A stretch of DNA of 61,315 nt, filler included, from Hausera hauseri (GCA_046269625.1; 10 parts of 10 records of this genome joined end to end with filler, not necessarily neighbours in it); one strand, 5' to 3'. Positions 25,082 through 38,827 are shown, numbered from the whole stretch's first letter. Made by a program: numbers and translations. Notes: a model not told the origin generated them from the sequence alone.

Positions 25082-25339
25082 GATTTCCATGCACAATGTC
25101 AGATATGTTTCAATAAACTCGGACTCCGTTACGCATTATTCCGATGTACGCACTACATGTGCACCAGTTTCGCGGATAACTGGTTAGTAAAACATCAAAA
25201 CTGCCCATTCTGCCGCAGAAAAACTACAGGTTATAAATGTTGGGATATCACAGTGGTGGTACCTCCCGATGATGATGACGAAAACAGTAATGGCGTATAC
25301 TCGGTTGGTTCAGACGGAGTTGAATACCATTTACCATGA
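25082..25339 (+). pseudogene. RING-HC finger remnant
   Basis: CQICFNKLGLRYALFRCTHYMCTSFADNWLVKHQNCPFCR, with one ligand Cys changed to Phe. Confidence 0.75.
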
Positions 25340-25878
25340 GTCGGCGAACAATGTTGATTTAAAAATACATTTGTATATAGTTCATTTGATCAACAACGGC
25401 TTTGAGGATACATATTTCTGAGAAATATTGTTCTGAATTTATAAATTCACCTAATACGATCGAAGTCTACGTTCCATACAATGCTGTATGAGGAAGGCGA
25501 AAGAAAGATAAATGTTTGAAATCTCAGATTAAAGGCTATTAAATATAATTACCTATATGATAATGAAATTGAATTGCAGTTATTTGCTCAATATGCCAGA
25601 AATATTCAACACAACCAGAGAAGAAGCAAAGGCTCTGCCCCCTATGCATATTTGTAACCAAATTAAATCAAGAAGAGGATCAGTTCGAATGTTATCGCTG
25701 CGAAGAAAAATTAAAATAGGATACAGCAACCATGGATGAAAACTGTTTTCTACTATGTCCAGTTTGTGCATTAACTTCGGAAAATATAAAAGAATTTAAC
25801 ATATTATTTGAATTAAATGATTTTTGAATATTATTAATAAATGTTTTACTAGTAGTCGAAATTGAAATCCTTAAAATA

Positions 25879-26170
25879 ATGTCTCCAGTCTTTGAATATT
25901 TATATCTTGTAGATGCTTGTCCCATCTGTCTGGAGGATATTCCCACGGACCGACCGACTTTACCTGTGACCATCAGTATTGTTAACCATGTATATTTACA
26001 TGGTTTTCCGAACAAGCCACTTGTCCTTGCTGCCGAAGAGCATGCATACTCTGCTCTATATGTCTTACACTAATAGTGGATATATTAGCAACAATTCCTT
26101 GCTAACATGCCTTTTGTCCAGGTTGTATAGCAGAACATTTTAAAATTTACCGAACATATCCTTTCGTTAC
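25879..26170 (+). pseudogene. Two tandem RING-HC finger remnants
   Basis: CPICLEDI../CDHQYC*PCIFTWFSEQATCPCCR directly followed by CSICLTLIVDILATIPC*HAFCPGCIAEH. Confidence 0.75.
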
Positions 26171-26479
26171 GAGTTTACAGATTTTTATCTTTTGGGACAA
26201 CTAATTGTTTATCTGGATGTCGACAATCGATTGTCAAGAATACTCATAATATATGAGGACGAAGAAGAATGGCCAGACGAATGGAGTAATCCCCGACTAT
26301 TTATGATTACTGACTCATAAGCTAATGTACATAAATTATTATCGTATATGAAGTGTTAATAAAATTAATGAATTAATTTCATTTCGGAAAGGGATTAATA
26401 TCAATTCTATTAAGATTCCCCTTGTCTACTGTGCAGAAAGCACATTTTATGTTATGGATTCCAAGTCCCATGTTTTCAC

Positions 26480-26722
26480 GTGGCACCGATTACTCACTCC
26501 ATCTATAACTCGCAGGGAATATTTGCTCCCATAAGAATGACATGCGCCATCTGCCTAAATCATTATTCCGTAAACCCGGAGGAGCTAGTTACCTGCAAGC
26601 ATGAATGTTGCCGCTTCTACTTAAAGGAATGGTTCCTGATATCAAAGTCCTGTCCATTATGTTGTTCAAACAATAGACTATTTCGAAGAGGAGACAAATA
26701 CCTTACTGTACGAAATTTATAA
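26480..26722 (+). CDS. Small RING finger ORF (degenerate)
   Basis: CAICLNHYSVNPEELVTCKHECCRFYLKEWFLISKSCPLC. Confidence 0.7.
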   Translation: MAPITHSIYNSQGIFAPIRMTCAICLNHYSVNPEELVTCKHECCRFYLKEWFLISKSCPLCCSNNRLFRRGDKYLTVRNL

Positions 26723-28494
26723 CTACATTCTTTTTCTTACGATCCATTTAATTGTGTGGGATGAAATAAAGAAATATAATAATCGCATAACTACTCGAAA
26801 ACTTGCAGTAATAATCTGAATTACCCACAAAAGAGAATAATTGATTAAAACCAATTCCATTTTAGACGAAATGCAAAGAATCAAATATACGGAATACAAA
26901 ACACCAAAACAGTATGTATGGCAGGAATTACCTAAACCCAATATAATAGGATATTTACGATATTATAGAAATAGGCAAAATGGATTATCAAAAGAACAGT
27001 AGATTATACCGGAGATGCCCGAATGTGGACAAAAAGCTGTTCGAAACCGACACAGGATACACTAGTGTTGCTCAACGTGGCGCTCTCGATATAATTTTAT
27101 GGCACCCTCGCACGTGTATTTAATTGCGCCGACAATTTTCTAGGAAACAATTGTGAACACCACATAAACTATACAACCTTTTGCAAGTTTTTATCCACGA
27201 GATGTCCCAGCCATGCACTGTTTTTTTTCCTCACGAGAACTGTCTGATTAGTGTTATTCATTGTCGTCGCCTTTCTATATCACTTTTTACACCAAGGGGA
27301 ACTCCAGCCTTCGAAGTGCTGAAATGTTAGCCTCTAGAAAATAAATAGCATTTCTGTTCCTTCGAAACAGCAACACTTCAATCGAACGATTCATTAGTAT
27401 TGTGAGATGCCGCAAAATTGCCTTCCATGGAATTTTATCTTTTGTTATGACAATGAGAATTGTAGTTATCAGTACATTTTATTTATTCTTATGTTCATCT
27501 TAGACTTCAGACAGTTAAGTTGCTTTTAAAATGTATTATTATCGTTGTTGCTGCTGCAATTCTTTTGTTATTATACTAGTTAAATGATTAAAGACGTATA
27601 CTCAATGATGCAGGTCAGAAAAATATAAATGTAGCGGAGTCTTACTGTGGCAAGATTCTTGAATATTGGAACATGAAAGAAGCTTTTCATTAGAACAACA
27701 TTTGTTTGCATTTGAAATTGTTTGACAAGATGAAAAAAGGTTAATCTGACATTTTCTGTCTCTTGATTTTATTTTTGTTGAATTAATTTACTTTAAAAAA
27801 AGTATTATGTAAAGAAGTAATTGAAAATGACACGGCTTATCAATCCTGTTGGCAGCCAGTACACATGTCAGCCAGCTTGTCGACTGTCCTTCTGTGCCAA
27901 TGTAAGGCCATCGAGTAGTGGCAGGAATACACACGTAGTGGCGCAAACTCTTGAACAAAATGCTCCTGATTTTGGGGGTCGCAATTTCTACAGGGTAATT
28001 ATAATATGTATTTATTGTANNNNNNNNNNNNNNNNNNNNNNNNNNNNNNNNNNNNNNNNNNNNTTAATTAATTAANNNNNNNNNNNNNNNNNNNNNNNNN
28101 NNNNNNNNNNNNNNNNNNNACTGATATCTTTGTTCTGTCCATAATCGTTATCATTAGCGATTTTATCCATGGATGATTTGTTGAAAAATTTGTTATGTGG
28201 CGAACAATTCGTAATCCAATTTAAAGTCCGAACAGTTTTCAACTGATAGATCATTTTCGTGAGCACAATAAGTGAGCACCTAAAAAAAGAAAACATAACG
28301 AGCACCGCGTGCAGTCGACTGAATGGAAATCCGAGGACAGTTACAAATATCAGAATCACGTTAAAAGCATTTACGTCTGTTGTTTCGTGGTCAACGCATC
28401 AAAATGAATAATAAGCATATTACAAAAGTTTATTTTTGAAAATTAAAAAAAAAACTCAATAAATCAGTTATATAACGAACGTATGTAAGTTATT

Positions 28495-29340
28495 TTAAAG
28501 TATAAAAATTTTGTCCAATAGACATCTCTGGCAATCATCAAAACTGATTTCATTCTTCTCCATCCATCGTCGGTAAACCAATTCACCGATTTTCGGATAA
28601 CCGATTGAGGACAACGCATTCACCAGCTGGTCAACATACTCCATTTCGGAAATCCGATTTATTTAAATCATTCTTTTCCATGCAATAAGAACTCGATGCG
28701 TCACACTGTTTATACTATTTACAGAAAGTTGAGACAATGAATCAAAACTAATGCCAGCAACAACATTTTCCGGGAGAGATAAATGTATTCCAAATGTAAG
28801 GCCTTGTCGTATTACTGTGGAAAGAGACGTGAGGCTTTTGCGAGAGAGGATTTTCGGTTCACTTTCGACAACCTTATTGATAACACGTGGCCTGGACAGT
28901 GTGATGATTGTAGTTCAGTAGCCGTGGGTGATTATTTTGAGACAGCGTTTCATTACCTAGAAGCTTTTGTCTTTCAGCTTCCGATCTTTCATTTTCTTCT
29001 TTGATTTGTTCTTGTTCCATGGTATCACGTTCTTCTTTAGTAAACAGATGGAAGTATTGCTTCAAACGGTAAGCAGGAATAAAATTTTAAATAGTTGATT
29101 CGGTATATTGATCAAGAAATGAATAAGATTCAATGGTACAATATTGAGTTCTGCCTCAAAGTAAAAATCTCTGTTAATTTCAGACAAATGAAATTTGAAT
29201 TGTTGTGGTTTTGATGAAACACTCCGACACGACGGAATAAAATAGCAAAAGTGCACCAATTCGTCGGCAATTGTAAAACAAACAACAATAAATGAGAAAA
29301 CGACTATAGTGTATTTACAAAATCCTGTTGGGCACAACAC
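28495..29340 (-). pseudogene. Death-domain protein C-terminus (DTHD1-like), with an in-frame stop
   Basis: Manual translation 28860 to 28495: EPKILSRKSLTSLSTVIRQGLTFGIHLSLPENVVAGISFDSL..VTHRVLIAWKRMI*..VDQLVNALSSIGYPKIGELV..KNEISFDDC. The assignment of the upstream part is less certain. Confidence 0.6.
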
Positions 29341-29349
29341 AGGCCTTGA

Positions 29350-31800
29350 CTTTCCTCATCCATACATTGATGACATATTAGTTGCCTCTACATCTGTTAA
29401 ACAACATCAAGAACATCTTTGTATTTTCTTTCACAGACTACATCTCAGCAATATGCAAGTCAACTTCTCCAAGTGTCATTTCTTTCAAAAACGTGTAAAT
29501 TTCCTGGGTCACGTCATCACTCCTCACGGCCACTCTCCACAACCGGATCGACTACAACAATTGAAAAACATAACGCTACCAACGACTAATACGGATATGA
29601 GGAGTTTCTTAGGCACACTCCACTTCATTCACAAGTACGTACCGCATTGTTCTGATCTTACAGCACCTTTTGCGCATTTATCATCCGGAAAAAAGTGGCA
29701 GTCAATTCACTGGACTCCTGATTTAGTCACCAAATTCGACCACTTACACGAAGGCCTAAAAACCGTCGAAATAATGGCCTATCCAAAGCCCAACGCAGAT
29801 CTTATACTTACCACTGATGCCTCTACCATAACAACTGGTGCAGTACTACACCAGATCTCTAACGGCGTCGATAAACCATTAGAATTTCACTCCCGAAAAG
29901 TAACACAACCCAAAAGCAGTTAGTCTACGTTTGACTGTGAGTTACTCACTATAGTTCTGGCAGTAAAACATTTCAAATACTTACTTCTTTATCGTCCATT
30001 CGTTATTCAAACTAACCACAAGCCTCTCCTGTATATCATGTCGTTAAAACAGCTATCACCGAGGCAAGAACGACATATATCATACTTTTCTACATTCAGT
30101 TTTGTCTTACAATACATTTCAGACACATTCAATTTGGTAGCAGATTTTTTATCGAGGTCGGTTGGCTCCATTACAGTTGAGTTAATTTTCTCATCCGAAG
30201 CCAATCAACCATGTGCTGACTTCCTTAGCTCTTTCAAATCCTTCGAAATCATTGATGGCGTGGATTTTGATACGTCGAATTCCGGTAATAAAAAGATCAT
30301 TCTAACTCCATCTTTTGCCTGCTTCAACACCATGTAGTTTGGCCATCAATGCGCAAAGATTTACTGGGCTGGGTTAAGAAATGCGTAGCCTGTCAAAAAT
30401 ACAAAATCACCAAACATCTGAAACCTCCGCTTTACCATTTCTCCTGTACATTACGTTTTCATACAGTTCATCTTGATCTCGTTGGCCCTTTACCTGCTGA
30501 CAACGGATATTAATATATCTTTACTATGATGGATCGTGCTTCTCTCTGGCCTGAAGCAATTCCTTTGCGTTCAATAAACATTGATTCAGTAGCTGACGCC
30601 TTTATAAAAAGCTGGATCAGCAGTTTTAATTCCCCACGTTACATAATAACGGATCAAGGTCCACAGTTTGAATCGGAACTCTTCAAATCGCTTGCAAAAC
30701 ACTTGGGGATATCCCATTTCCATACAACTCAATCTCATCCTCAAACAAATGGCCTCCTTGAAAGGTTCCATCGAAAAATGAAAGTTTCTTTAAAAATCCT
30801 GGCTGACACTCATCGTAATTGGATGTCCATTCTACCATTTGTTATACTAGGGTGACGCAACACATTCTCTACCACTACCGGTTGTGCTCCATCCGAGGCA
30901 CTCTTTGGGACTCCAATTCGAGATTTATTTGTACTTTCTGATCTCGACGACAACCCCACAGACAAAAACATTTGTGCAGCACAATCTCACTTCATTGAGG
31001 TCAGCTGAGATTCATTCTGTCGTTTCTTTAACAACAATAAATCCTCTATTCCGAAAGATTTATACCCCGCCACGTTTGTGTGACTGAAGGATCAGTCACA
31101 TTCGGGTTTTAGCCTCAATATGTTGGCCCATACAAACTGCTGAATCTTTCATCTTACAGAGCTACCATCTTGCGCCAAGATAAACCTTACAACGTTTATA
31201 TTTCGAATCTGAAACCCGCTTTCTTCATTGACCATAATCTGGATGCCAATTCTACCTCCAATTCAGACTCTACTCCTACTCCTTCCGATTTTCTAAATGA
31301 CTTTGCGCCGTCGCATCAATCACCTTTCTGTCCCTTCCTTTCGTCATCTTCACCATTTTCTTCGCCTTCTTTGCCTACATCGACTGTTTCCTCTCCTCCA
31401 ATTGTATTGCCTACTTTGTTCGACATATTCTGCTCATCATCCCTATCGGTTTCATCAGGAACAACACCGCACACGGAGTTAAGTAATCTCACTAAATTTC
31501 CATCACACAACGTCGCACAACAACCAACCACAAACCAATCATGTAATGGCGTGCCGAGTGACATTTAGAACTTACAGCAAAGAAAAGTTCCTTGATAGCA
31601 CACAACGCATAACACATACCAAAATCGAATAGACACTGAATATTGTTCCTTGTTATTTTATTGTTTTCATCGTCATGATTCTGTCCTTTTTACCTTACAT
31701 AGTTTCTCTTCTGCCACGGGGGGTTGATGTGGTGCCGCGGTCGCGGACGTAACTCTGTACCGTCATATCAATCAGACTCATATCTTAATATCAACATACC
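29350..31800 (+). mobile_element. Degenerate Gypsy family A copy 3 (RT end, RNase H, integrase, Ser/Pro tail, PPT, start of 3' LTR)
   Basis: PYIDDILVAS, LTTDAS, ITDQGPQFES, NGLLERFHR. PPT GCCACGGGGGG at 31713-31723, then TGT at 31728. Confidence 0.95.
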
Positions 31801-33420
31801 GATGGTTGTATCAAAAATTAATAACTTCCTAGATTTTATACGAATGATCTCTTCAGCAAATAGCATTCGTACTCTTGTCCAACCTTGCAACCAATGCAAA
31901 TGATATTTCATAGTGATAGATGTCCTTAATAAAACTTATAAATAATTTAACCTTGCTGTTAATCATTTATAAATAAATACCTTCATGTCTTTGAAGAAGT
32001 ATGGGAAATATTGCGAGTAGTAAGATGGTCATAAATTTGATAAGATGCTTTTATTCACGACCCACCTAGATCTCAACATTGTGGTGTTTCATTGAATGCA
32101 ATTAGATATTTTGTCCTTGAGGACAGCGCATTTGGGAGCGTGAGTTTGTCCGTGGACGGATTCGGATTTCTCATTGACACTTCAATGATTTTTTTCTGTT
32201 GAACTTCTACTGTAATTCTTATATGGTTGTACTTGTTATGATAAACTATTACATCGTTCGAGCGTAAATGATCTATAATATTCACATATTTTATATTGGC
32301 TATGTGCTTTTTGGCTAAATGTTCGACAATTTTCATAACAGTAAATGGATGTTTTACCATAGTCTGTTGAAATTTTAATTTAATACTTTCTTAATCTTGA
32401 AAATTTTATTGGCATGTTCAATAGCTTTTGTACAGTCATTTTATCCGACTTGGTTGTTTTATTTTATTTGGTTGTAAAAAAACAATTGTTTAAATTTGGT
32501 GATGTAAAGAAAACACGGTACCACACAAAAACAGAGTTATTGATTTGATTGATACAATAAACCTGGTTTTACGGTTGTTCTGAATTTCAACAGTTAAAAA
32601 TGGTATCGATAATATGGGGTTTGCTGCAGAAGAAACGCGGATATTTACTAGTGGCATCGGATATCTTGGTCTATACAGATCAAGTCAGACGCCCACAAAC
32701 GTTGGTTTCCTGTTCAGCTAATATTTTCCCTTACATTTTTAAAGTAGAGAATGCCAAGGTGAACCAACACTGGTGTCAGAAGTTTTCACTGGAATATAAC
32801 CTTTCTATTGTGGAGCCTAATGACTATCGATGTATCCCAGACTCGCCTATCCAAAGCTGCGGCCGAGGTTTACATTTATTTCGATTTTATTTACACAATA
32901 AAATTCTCAGTGGTGATCGTCATGCATTTATGTCACAACTTTCTAACCCATTTTTTAGTCTTAAACTTTTTATGTATGCAAATTATCTTTATGCTCGGGT
33001 ACTGCATCGATTGGGGGAAATCGGATTTGTTTGTGGCCGACCCTTGTGCTCCTCGATGCGTTGTCCTTGGGAATGGGGTGTCAACACTACCCAGAAATGT
33101 TAATGCACATTATTTCACTAATGATAATTTGCACTTTATCATATTTTCTTATGAAAACGATAGTACTATATGTACTATATATAGCTATATAAATTATGGA
33201 TCATGCGTACTAAACTTTGATCCTGAAATTAAACATGCATACTTTTCCAATATATTTTACATTCTAATNNNNNNNNNNNNNNNNNNNNNNNNNNNNNNNN
33301 NNNNNNNNNNNNTTAATTAATTAANNNNNNNNNNNNNNNNNNNNNNNNNNNNNNNNNNNNNNNNNNNNAATAATGGTAATAAATTACTTCATGGTACAAA
33401 GAGGAAGAAGAAGGTTTTAT

Positions 33421-34656
33421 TTATACAATGACGGTTCCGTTTTTCATTATTTCAACTTCGGCATCAAACACACCGTAAATGTACATCACGGTAGATTGCT
33501 CCAACGCTTTAGCAAAGTGAACTTCCAATCGTAGGTTTCCCTGCTGATGTAGTTGAGTATGTTCAACGTCATAATCCGCAGCCAGGACAAAGGTGAAGAA
33601 TGGATAGATGGATTTGAACAAATCCATCGATATGCCATTGTTGATGCTTTTGTTGAACAAACCCATGTTGCGCACGACAGATTGCATATATGTGCAAACA
33701 TAATCATCCGTCTCAAAATCTTGCTTATATGTCTCAACGAAATCGGCATTCTTATCCAAACTGATGTAATTCAGATTGGTATGAGTAAACGTTTCCGAAT
33801 CGGTGGTATAACTGCCCATTTGTTAAGCAGTCGTTTGAAATGTAACAAGCGCAAATTTCCGCAATTGCATGTCACCAAACAGTGCATCTTTGTAAAACGT
33901 AGTTGAACCTTTGGGTATGGTGTAAAAGACGAGTTCTGTGCGTTGCAGTGGGTAAGAGGCATTTTGCGTTTCCAAGCCCAATCAATGTCCTATGATCACA
34001 GGTGGTTCTACCTTTACACGACGTACATATAATCGAGCCTCGGTGATTTTCAATTTGGATTTGAGATTTTCAACTAAAGTTTCCAAACAAAAGACATCGT
34101 CGTTTCGTTTCAGCCGAATCATGGCTTTAACACCGGGCAGTAGGTATTTCGGCTGATCAAAAAAGTCAAAGTACAGCGGTCCACACCTTGTAAGCGCTTT
34201 TGATTCTGTCATCCATGCCTGACGGTTTGCTGCAGGGGCGTCATATCCGATGGTTTTTGTCAAATGAGTCGTTTTCATGTCTGTACTGTAATTCAGAGTC
34301 GTTTCAATGAGTGCTTTGATACTGTATAGACTGGTGCTGCCTTCAATTTCGACGCTGTTTAGAGTCAGTGAAGCCTCCTGGAACAGTTTAAGGAAAAAGT
34401 AATTGGCCGGTGTGACAGTGTCTGTTGCATCGAGAACCGTTGATGCGTCCTTTTTAACAATGACTTTGACATAGAGTAGCGTATCGCTCAAATTCAGATA
34501 TTCATTGTCCGATGCCATAATGTTGAATTGAATGTCAATGTTATCGTCCATTGAAACCAAATCAACGGGATAGATTTCTTCAAATGCCGCATTGTCAATA
34601 ACACCTTGTGGCGCGGCTTTGTCAAATATACGCAATTCAGATTTTGCAGATGTCAT
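33421..34656 (-). pseudogene. Polinton major capsid protein (double jelly-roll type), frameshifted and partly deleted
   Basis: KSELRIFDKAAPQ..IDN..FEEIYP, YLNLSDTLLYVK, DFFDQPKYLLPGV..IRLKR, ARLYVRRVKV, GNLRLEVHFAKAL. Confidence 0.9.
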
Positions 34657-34663
34657 TTGTCTA

Positions 34664-35020
34664 TCAATCGAAAATCGTACGTCGACGATGCTTCTTTATA
34701 GTTGATGAGCTTGTTGATGCTCTAAGACCTTTACTCAAGCCACTGCCAGTGAACTGTTTTTTAACTGATTCAATGACTCCCGGTGTAACCCTTTTTATTT
34801 CCGACAAGGCGTGTTCCTTCAGTGATGGTAAAATTGATTTGTTTTCATATAGTACATCCTGTGCTGTTTTTGCTGACACGGCTTCAATACGTTTCAACAC
34901 CGGAAATGCTAAGCGTGGCAATGTACGCAACCATCCAAAACCATACTGCTTATCAACGAAATATGGCAGTTCACTGCCCTGCTGAGATTTACTGTAAATG
35001 GAAACGATTTAAAAATCAAA
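34664..35020 (-). pseudogene. Polinton small core-like protein
   Basis: QQGSELPYFVDKQYGFGWLRTLPRLAFPVLK..TGSG plus a basic tail ending TIFD. Lies between the minor and major capsid genes. Confidence 0.6.
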
Positions 35021-35029
35021 TATGTTGTT

Positions 35030-36089
35030 GGATTCGACGGAAATGAAAAGTTAGAGTAGTTGTGGTACCTTACGGAAATTCAATAAAGTAGCCCGCGTCA
35101 CATCGGATATTGCTTCAATATTGTTTATGGATGTAAATGCCACAAGTAGGTACATTGGAATATCGAGCTTGACAGTGACATTGTTGCCAGCAGTATACTT
35201 GCTGCTTTCCGAATAAATTGCACGGAGTATCAGTACACGTACTCTACCGACCAAAATCGGTTCGGTGACGTTCATGTAAATGTACATTTGACTTAGTCCA
35301 GTTTTCAGTTTGGGTTTAAGTGTTTCAACATATGCTGCCGCCGTCTTCATATCCGATGCCTCAAACCGCTGTTTTCAAAACCCAATACCATGGCCAAAGC
35401 TTTTTTCAATGAAATGTCATAATATTCTTAGAGAGTTCAAATTTAATGTACCCACTTGTATCTGGCTCAAAAACTTTAAATATCGCCTTGTACTTTTGAT
35501 TTGAAAAGTGTTGACAGAGCTGTGTTACAGATTCGCAATATTGTCTCCAATCGATACGTACGACGTTGACACCCTTTCTGTTGTCTAAGTAAATTTCACC
35601 GTTGTCTGGTAATATACGAGACTTAATCTTGGACAAACTACATGTTCACTTATAATATGTTTATCTTTGTACTCTATATTTTTGAATCCAAATTTCTGCG
35701 CCATCTCAAAGGACTCAAAGGTAACAGTAAATTCAAAATCTGCCATGAAATGTAAATTTTAATCTAAAATAAAAACACCGATTTTGCCGTGTGAACCGTA
35801 ATTTGCTTCGGTTGTGCAAATGGTCGATTCTCCAACTGTTATTTTATTGTTATTAAGTGTCAGAGGACAAGAATGTTTTTTGGTTTCAGTAACAGTCTTG
35901 TTGTATGTTATTTTCATACTACCTTTCAATGTCACCGGTGCGTAGGGAAAGTTAAATACCGTCAGTGCAACTTCCCATTTTCCAGATAAATCCAAAGGAT
36001 TGTTCCAATCTACAACCTATTCAATGGTAGAATTGTTCGGACGAGTAGTGGGACAACTGTTGCTCGGCAACACCATGTAAATACTCATT
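35030..36089 (-). pseudogene. Polinton minor capsid (penton-like) protein, copy 2
   Basis: MSIYMVLPSNSCPTTRPNNST..WNNPLDLSGKWEVALT; C-terminal QMYIYMNVTEPILVG..ILR..PMYL..INNIE. Confidence 0.8.
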
Positions 36090-36139
36090 ATCTCGATGAT
36101 GATGATAACGGTGATGATGACGCAGTTTGTTTATTATCG

Positions 36140-37195
36140 ACATTGACGACGTCGAATATGTAACATCAAATGTGTCGTTGAACCAAACAGAAATTTAACG
36201 GGTTCCAAAAATTCATCAAGTATATACACGGGAATACTGTGCACAATATTGTGAGACAATAATAAGTACATTGGTCTGAGCATATTAGCGCGAACAGTTT
36301 CACCCCATGTTTGTACGTGTCAGAATCTAGTTTGATAGAAGCCAGTAGTTGTTTACGTTCTCCATCAACGAGTATAGATTCGGTTAAGTCCGTTAAAATG
36401 TTGATTCTATGATGTGCTCCATAGAGTTTTGGTTTGTATTTGGCAACAATAGATTGTCCAACAATGATTTGATAGAATTCGCGTTTTGAAAAACCCAGAT
36501 TCCGAGCCAATAGTTCATCAAGACAAAATATGTTACACTGTCGTAGTGTAAGCGAAATATGACCATCTACGTTTATTTCACATGTCTTTACGACTAATCT
36601 AGCCATTTTCTTGACGTATTCACGCAATTCCAGTCCCATTTCCATTAATAAATCGTGTAGTATAATATATGAGTGGAATACTGATTCTGACTTAGTCCAC
36701 TTTACTATAATATTGGATTCCGCATTGGATGAAAGGTCCAATTTTTCACCAGTTATAACATGTTCTCCTAGCCGTAGACGTTTTGAGTGTACATTTGCTG
36801 ATTGAAAACCCCATGCCTGAGCATCAGCTATAGATTTACACTGCGTTTCAATGGATTTCGATACATTAGCTTCATACGGTAGTTTGAAAAATAAGCATAA
36901 ACCGAGAAATGTTGTCGCGAATAATTGCAAAGAATATATCGGTTATTGTGTCGGATTGTACGCAAACAACTTTAAATAGGGTATGTTTCTTGTCGGGTAA
37001 AGTAAATATCACTGTTCTGACGTATTGTTATTGGTGATAATGTAAATGTGAATTCCGCCAAATCCAATTCCCAGTCTCCGTGGCGTAAATCGACCGGTTG
37101 GTCCAAGTGTATGGTAAACTGTTTACCGGTATTGTCATTGTCGTCATGTTGTGATAATAATCTGTTACTATCAAGTACCAAGTAAATGCTGCTGC
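36140..37195 (-). pseudogene. Polinton minor capsid (penton-like) protein, copy 1
   Basis: IYLVLDSN..DNTGKQFTIHLDQPVDLRHGDWELDLAEF; LARNLGF; INILTDLTESILVDG..QLLASI. Confidence 0.75.
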
Positions 37196-37339
37196 TTCTG
37201 CTAATTAAATCTGCGATACAAAAATACAACTCGGTGCAATGTATTCGTTCCACTTGACGAGATATTGTTTATTCAAATCTTTGCCATGTTAACGTAGAAT
37301 TTCCTGAATACGATATACATCAGGTTCCTCGGCAGTGCC

Positions 37340-38229
37340 TGCAGATTCTGTTAGTTGAATTTACCGCGTATTTCCTCACCGTTTTCATCTTCCAAAACGT
37401 ACATGATAGGTGTTTGTTTTGTGTTGATTGTCGAAATGCGGAAAACTTCGTAGCTCCAGTTCTGATTGAAATTCTTAATGAATAGCGTCGTACTTATTTT
37501 TAAAATACGTACATAATCACCGATTTTATATTTTGGGCCTTTAATTGCCTGTCATTGTGTTCAGTTTTGATAAAGCCACATGCCCAAATCATCGATTACG
37601 TCAACCGGGCGCATTCCGTTGATTCCGCGATGTGTCGAATGATTGAATGAATTAATAATATCCGGCAGTGCATCTACCCAGCGTTTGTTGCCTTGCTTCG
37701 AAAATAATTTGTTCAGGCGACCGCGCAATGTTCGATTACATCGTTCAACGAGTGCAGCCTTGTATTGGGAAAACACCGAGTAGTGGTATACGCAGAACAG
37801 TTTCAAAATCGCTGCAACGTGGACGTTGTAGAATTCCTTATCCAAATTCGTTTGTAAATACTTCGGCTGTCATTGTTGTACCTGTGTCTGAACAGCGTCG
37901 GCAATCTCTTTACTAGATTTGGATTTCACGGAAATTGCACGTGCAAAACGACTAAACACATCAATACATGTCATCACGTACCGATACCCATCGTAGATGC
38001 TGGCGTACGGAATAATTTCCATAAGATCCATCTGCCATACTTTACTTACACCGGCAGCACAGTATGCACGAGTTGGAAATCGCCTTCTTATCGGTTTGTT
38101 TAGGCTGTATGTTAACTGTTTCCCGAGCCAATGTTGGGTATGTTGCCAAGTCTGTTTGACAGTCTTTGTCAGTTTGTCGACGCCAGTATACCCGACGGGA
38201 TGACGCGGGTCGAACCACACGTCGCCCAT
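37340..38229 (-). pseudogene. Polinton retroviral-like integrase
   Basis: FDPRHPVGYTGVDKL, WQMDLME, TCIDVFSRFA, DKEFYN, KAALVERCNRTLR, WVDALPDII, NWSYEVF. Confidence 0.93.
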
Positions 38230-38372
38230 CTTTGGTGTCGATGGTGCCAGTTTTCCTTCATTACAACAATTTGAACAAAACCTAAATGAAAGATTTGGTA
38301 AACTAAGGCAAAATGATAAAAACCATGCACAAATATCGCCGAATCACCATATACTTACCGTCATTGTTTATA

Positions 38373-38700
38373 CTATGATGCTGCTCTAGAATGAATGTGT
38401 CTACCAAGTAATGACGTGACAATCGGTAGAATTGCATCAAGGAATCCCCGATCTTGCTGGTACATGACTTCTCGTTTCAGTCGTTTACTACGGTCGTTGG
38501 CATGGCCAATGAGTCGTTTTCGATACTTTAGTAAATTCCGCTTTCCACTACCAATGTCAACGTGACCCACAACGATATTGTATTAAATTTCCATCAAATC
38601 ATTTACTACAAATTGCGGGAACGATCGTAGCATGTTTCGCTTATTTCTCGTAGGTACCTTGAGCAAAGCAATAAAGTACAGCTGACTACGTTTGAATCGC
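38373..38700 (-). pseudogene. Polinton conserved small basic ORF
   Basis: LLKYRKRLI..QQDRGFLDAILPIVTSLL, located between ATPase and integrase. Confidence 0.55.
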
Positions 38701-38827
38701 ATTTTTGGACGTATTAATGTTTGGTAGGTTTACGTTTAACAATTGCTTTTAGGAAATTCTTCATTTTATCACTATCGTGTCGTCATCGATTTTTGAATTT
38801 ATTTATTGACACATACACCTTTCTGAT

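Noticed and set aside
294-31632. Alternative genetic code or programmed readthrough explaining the many in-frame stops
   Set aside because: All three stop types occur together with frameshifts at different positions in different copies, which is ordinary decay.
32771-32783. Second tRNA-Leu PBS (TGGTGTCAGAAGT)
   Set aside because: The match is only 13 nt and no gag follows. It could be chance or a very old remnant.
32073-33268. ORFs 32073-32360, 32600-33103 and 32808-33320 as genes
   Set aside because: No recognisable motifs and overlapping frames. They are possibly host exon or repeat debris.
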